Below are positions 63,509 through 64,000 of a DNA stretch of 64,000 nt, in pieces. Each line of letters opens with the position of its first letter. Position 1 is the stretch's first letter. Location: positions 64,001-128,000 of the IMG/VR virus record IMGVR_UViG_3300044611_002466. One strand, 5' to 3'. The notes below the pieces were generated by a model. That model did no database searches. It had not been told where the DNA came from and was given only the letters and a program-made list of their open reading frames with translations. Source of the DNA: a virus. Both the position numbers and the translations under genes were made by a program.

Positions 63509-64000
63509 ACGGCTGGGGTCCGACTTTGTGAGCGTAGACCTGCGCTCCAAGACCGCTCTCGAGCGCAAGGCTCTGCTGCAGACGACGCTGGTCCGGGGCA
63601 AGACGTTCAAGAACGTCCTGATTCGGGGACTCTCCGGCCTCCTGGAAGCGTCGCAGGTCTTCAGGACGTCGTCTCTCTTCCTGGACGCCTTGGGGAGGTC
63701 GGAGCTCCCGGCCTCGCGGGAGTTCTCCCAGTGGGCGTTCCGCACGAAGCGCGCCTTCGTCTACAGCGACCTGATGATGCAGGCGGTCCGCGCCGCCGGC
63801 ATCGGCGCCATATCGAGGCACCAAGGCCCGTATCTCCCGCGGATCAACCTGGGCACGGAAGACGTCTCGAACTCCATCGGGGTCCTGAGCCTGGGGCGGG
63901 GATTCACCCCCGTGCTGGGCCAGCTCAAGCGTCGGTGGGAGCAGGAGGGGCTGAAGTTCGACTTGGTCACGACGATGGCCGTCGCCGGGGCCACGCGCGT
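63426..64000 (+). CDS. 3'-partial protein, possibly glycosyltransferase-like
   Basis: AGGAAGG RBS; MTALLELVFEGG... open to the window end; not in the ORF track because it has no stop. Confidence 0.45.
   Translation, partial: MTALLELVFEGGEILDHSLAFQRESLRERLGSDFVSVDLRSKTALERKALLQTTLVRGKTFKNVLIRGLSGLLEASQVFRTSSLFLDALGRSELPASREFSQWAFRTKRAFVYSDLMMQAVRAAGIGAISRHQGPYLPRINLGTEDVSNSIGVLSLGRGFTPVLGQLKRRWEQEGLKFDLVTTMAVAGATR

Noticed and set aside
1-64000. Stop-codon reassignment
   Set aside because: Conserved genes (gyrB, thyX, SNF2) are full length in the standard code, and TAG, TGA and TAA all end genes
1-64000. tRNA/rRNA, DGR/retron, integrase or IS element
   Set aside because: No cloverleaf or TTCGA-arm context, no RT (YxDD) ORF, no recombinase or transposase motifs seen

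Overview
This 64 kb window looks like part of a large, GC-rich tailed dsDNA phage genome (GC roughly two-thirds, judged by eye). I found no tRNA, rRNA, CRISPR array, integrase or reverse transcriptase. It opens with a + strand late/virion block (1-6.2 kb): a partial structural protein, a tail-tube-like protein, a SNF2 helicase with a glycine-rich hydrophobic tail, and a multi-domain protein with an inorganic-pyrophosphatase-like domain. About 57 kb of almost entirely - strand, tightly coupled early/middle genes follow. Recognisable products there are Nudix, ThyX, a VWA/zincin protein plus a MoxR AAA+ ATPase, an HD nucleotidase, a phage Dam-type MTase, a ParB-like protein, a truncated C5-MTase, a GyrB/ParE-type topoisomerase B subunit, an M15 endolysin, an RmuC-like protein, a GIY-YIG nuclease, a macrodomain, SSB, a sigma-like factor, a pyrimidine-dimer glycosylase, a pilin-like protein and a SLOG protein. 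Roughly 90 hypothetical genes fill the rest. The strongest non-coding signal is a repeated regulatory unit on the - strand: terminator hairpin, TTTAGC-type tail, GNCATAAG, GAGGTGAA-type RBS, then gene. I found the CATAAG core at 19 sites by eye, 16 of them in 43-63 kb. One copy precedes the sigma-like gene, which lies next to an AT-rich repeat region (55.85-56.66 kb). All family assignments come from motif recognition by eye, not database searches. Several start codons were moved from the ORF track using RBS and ATGA/GTGA overlaps.
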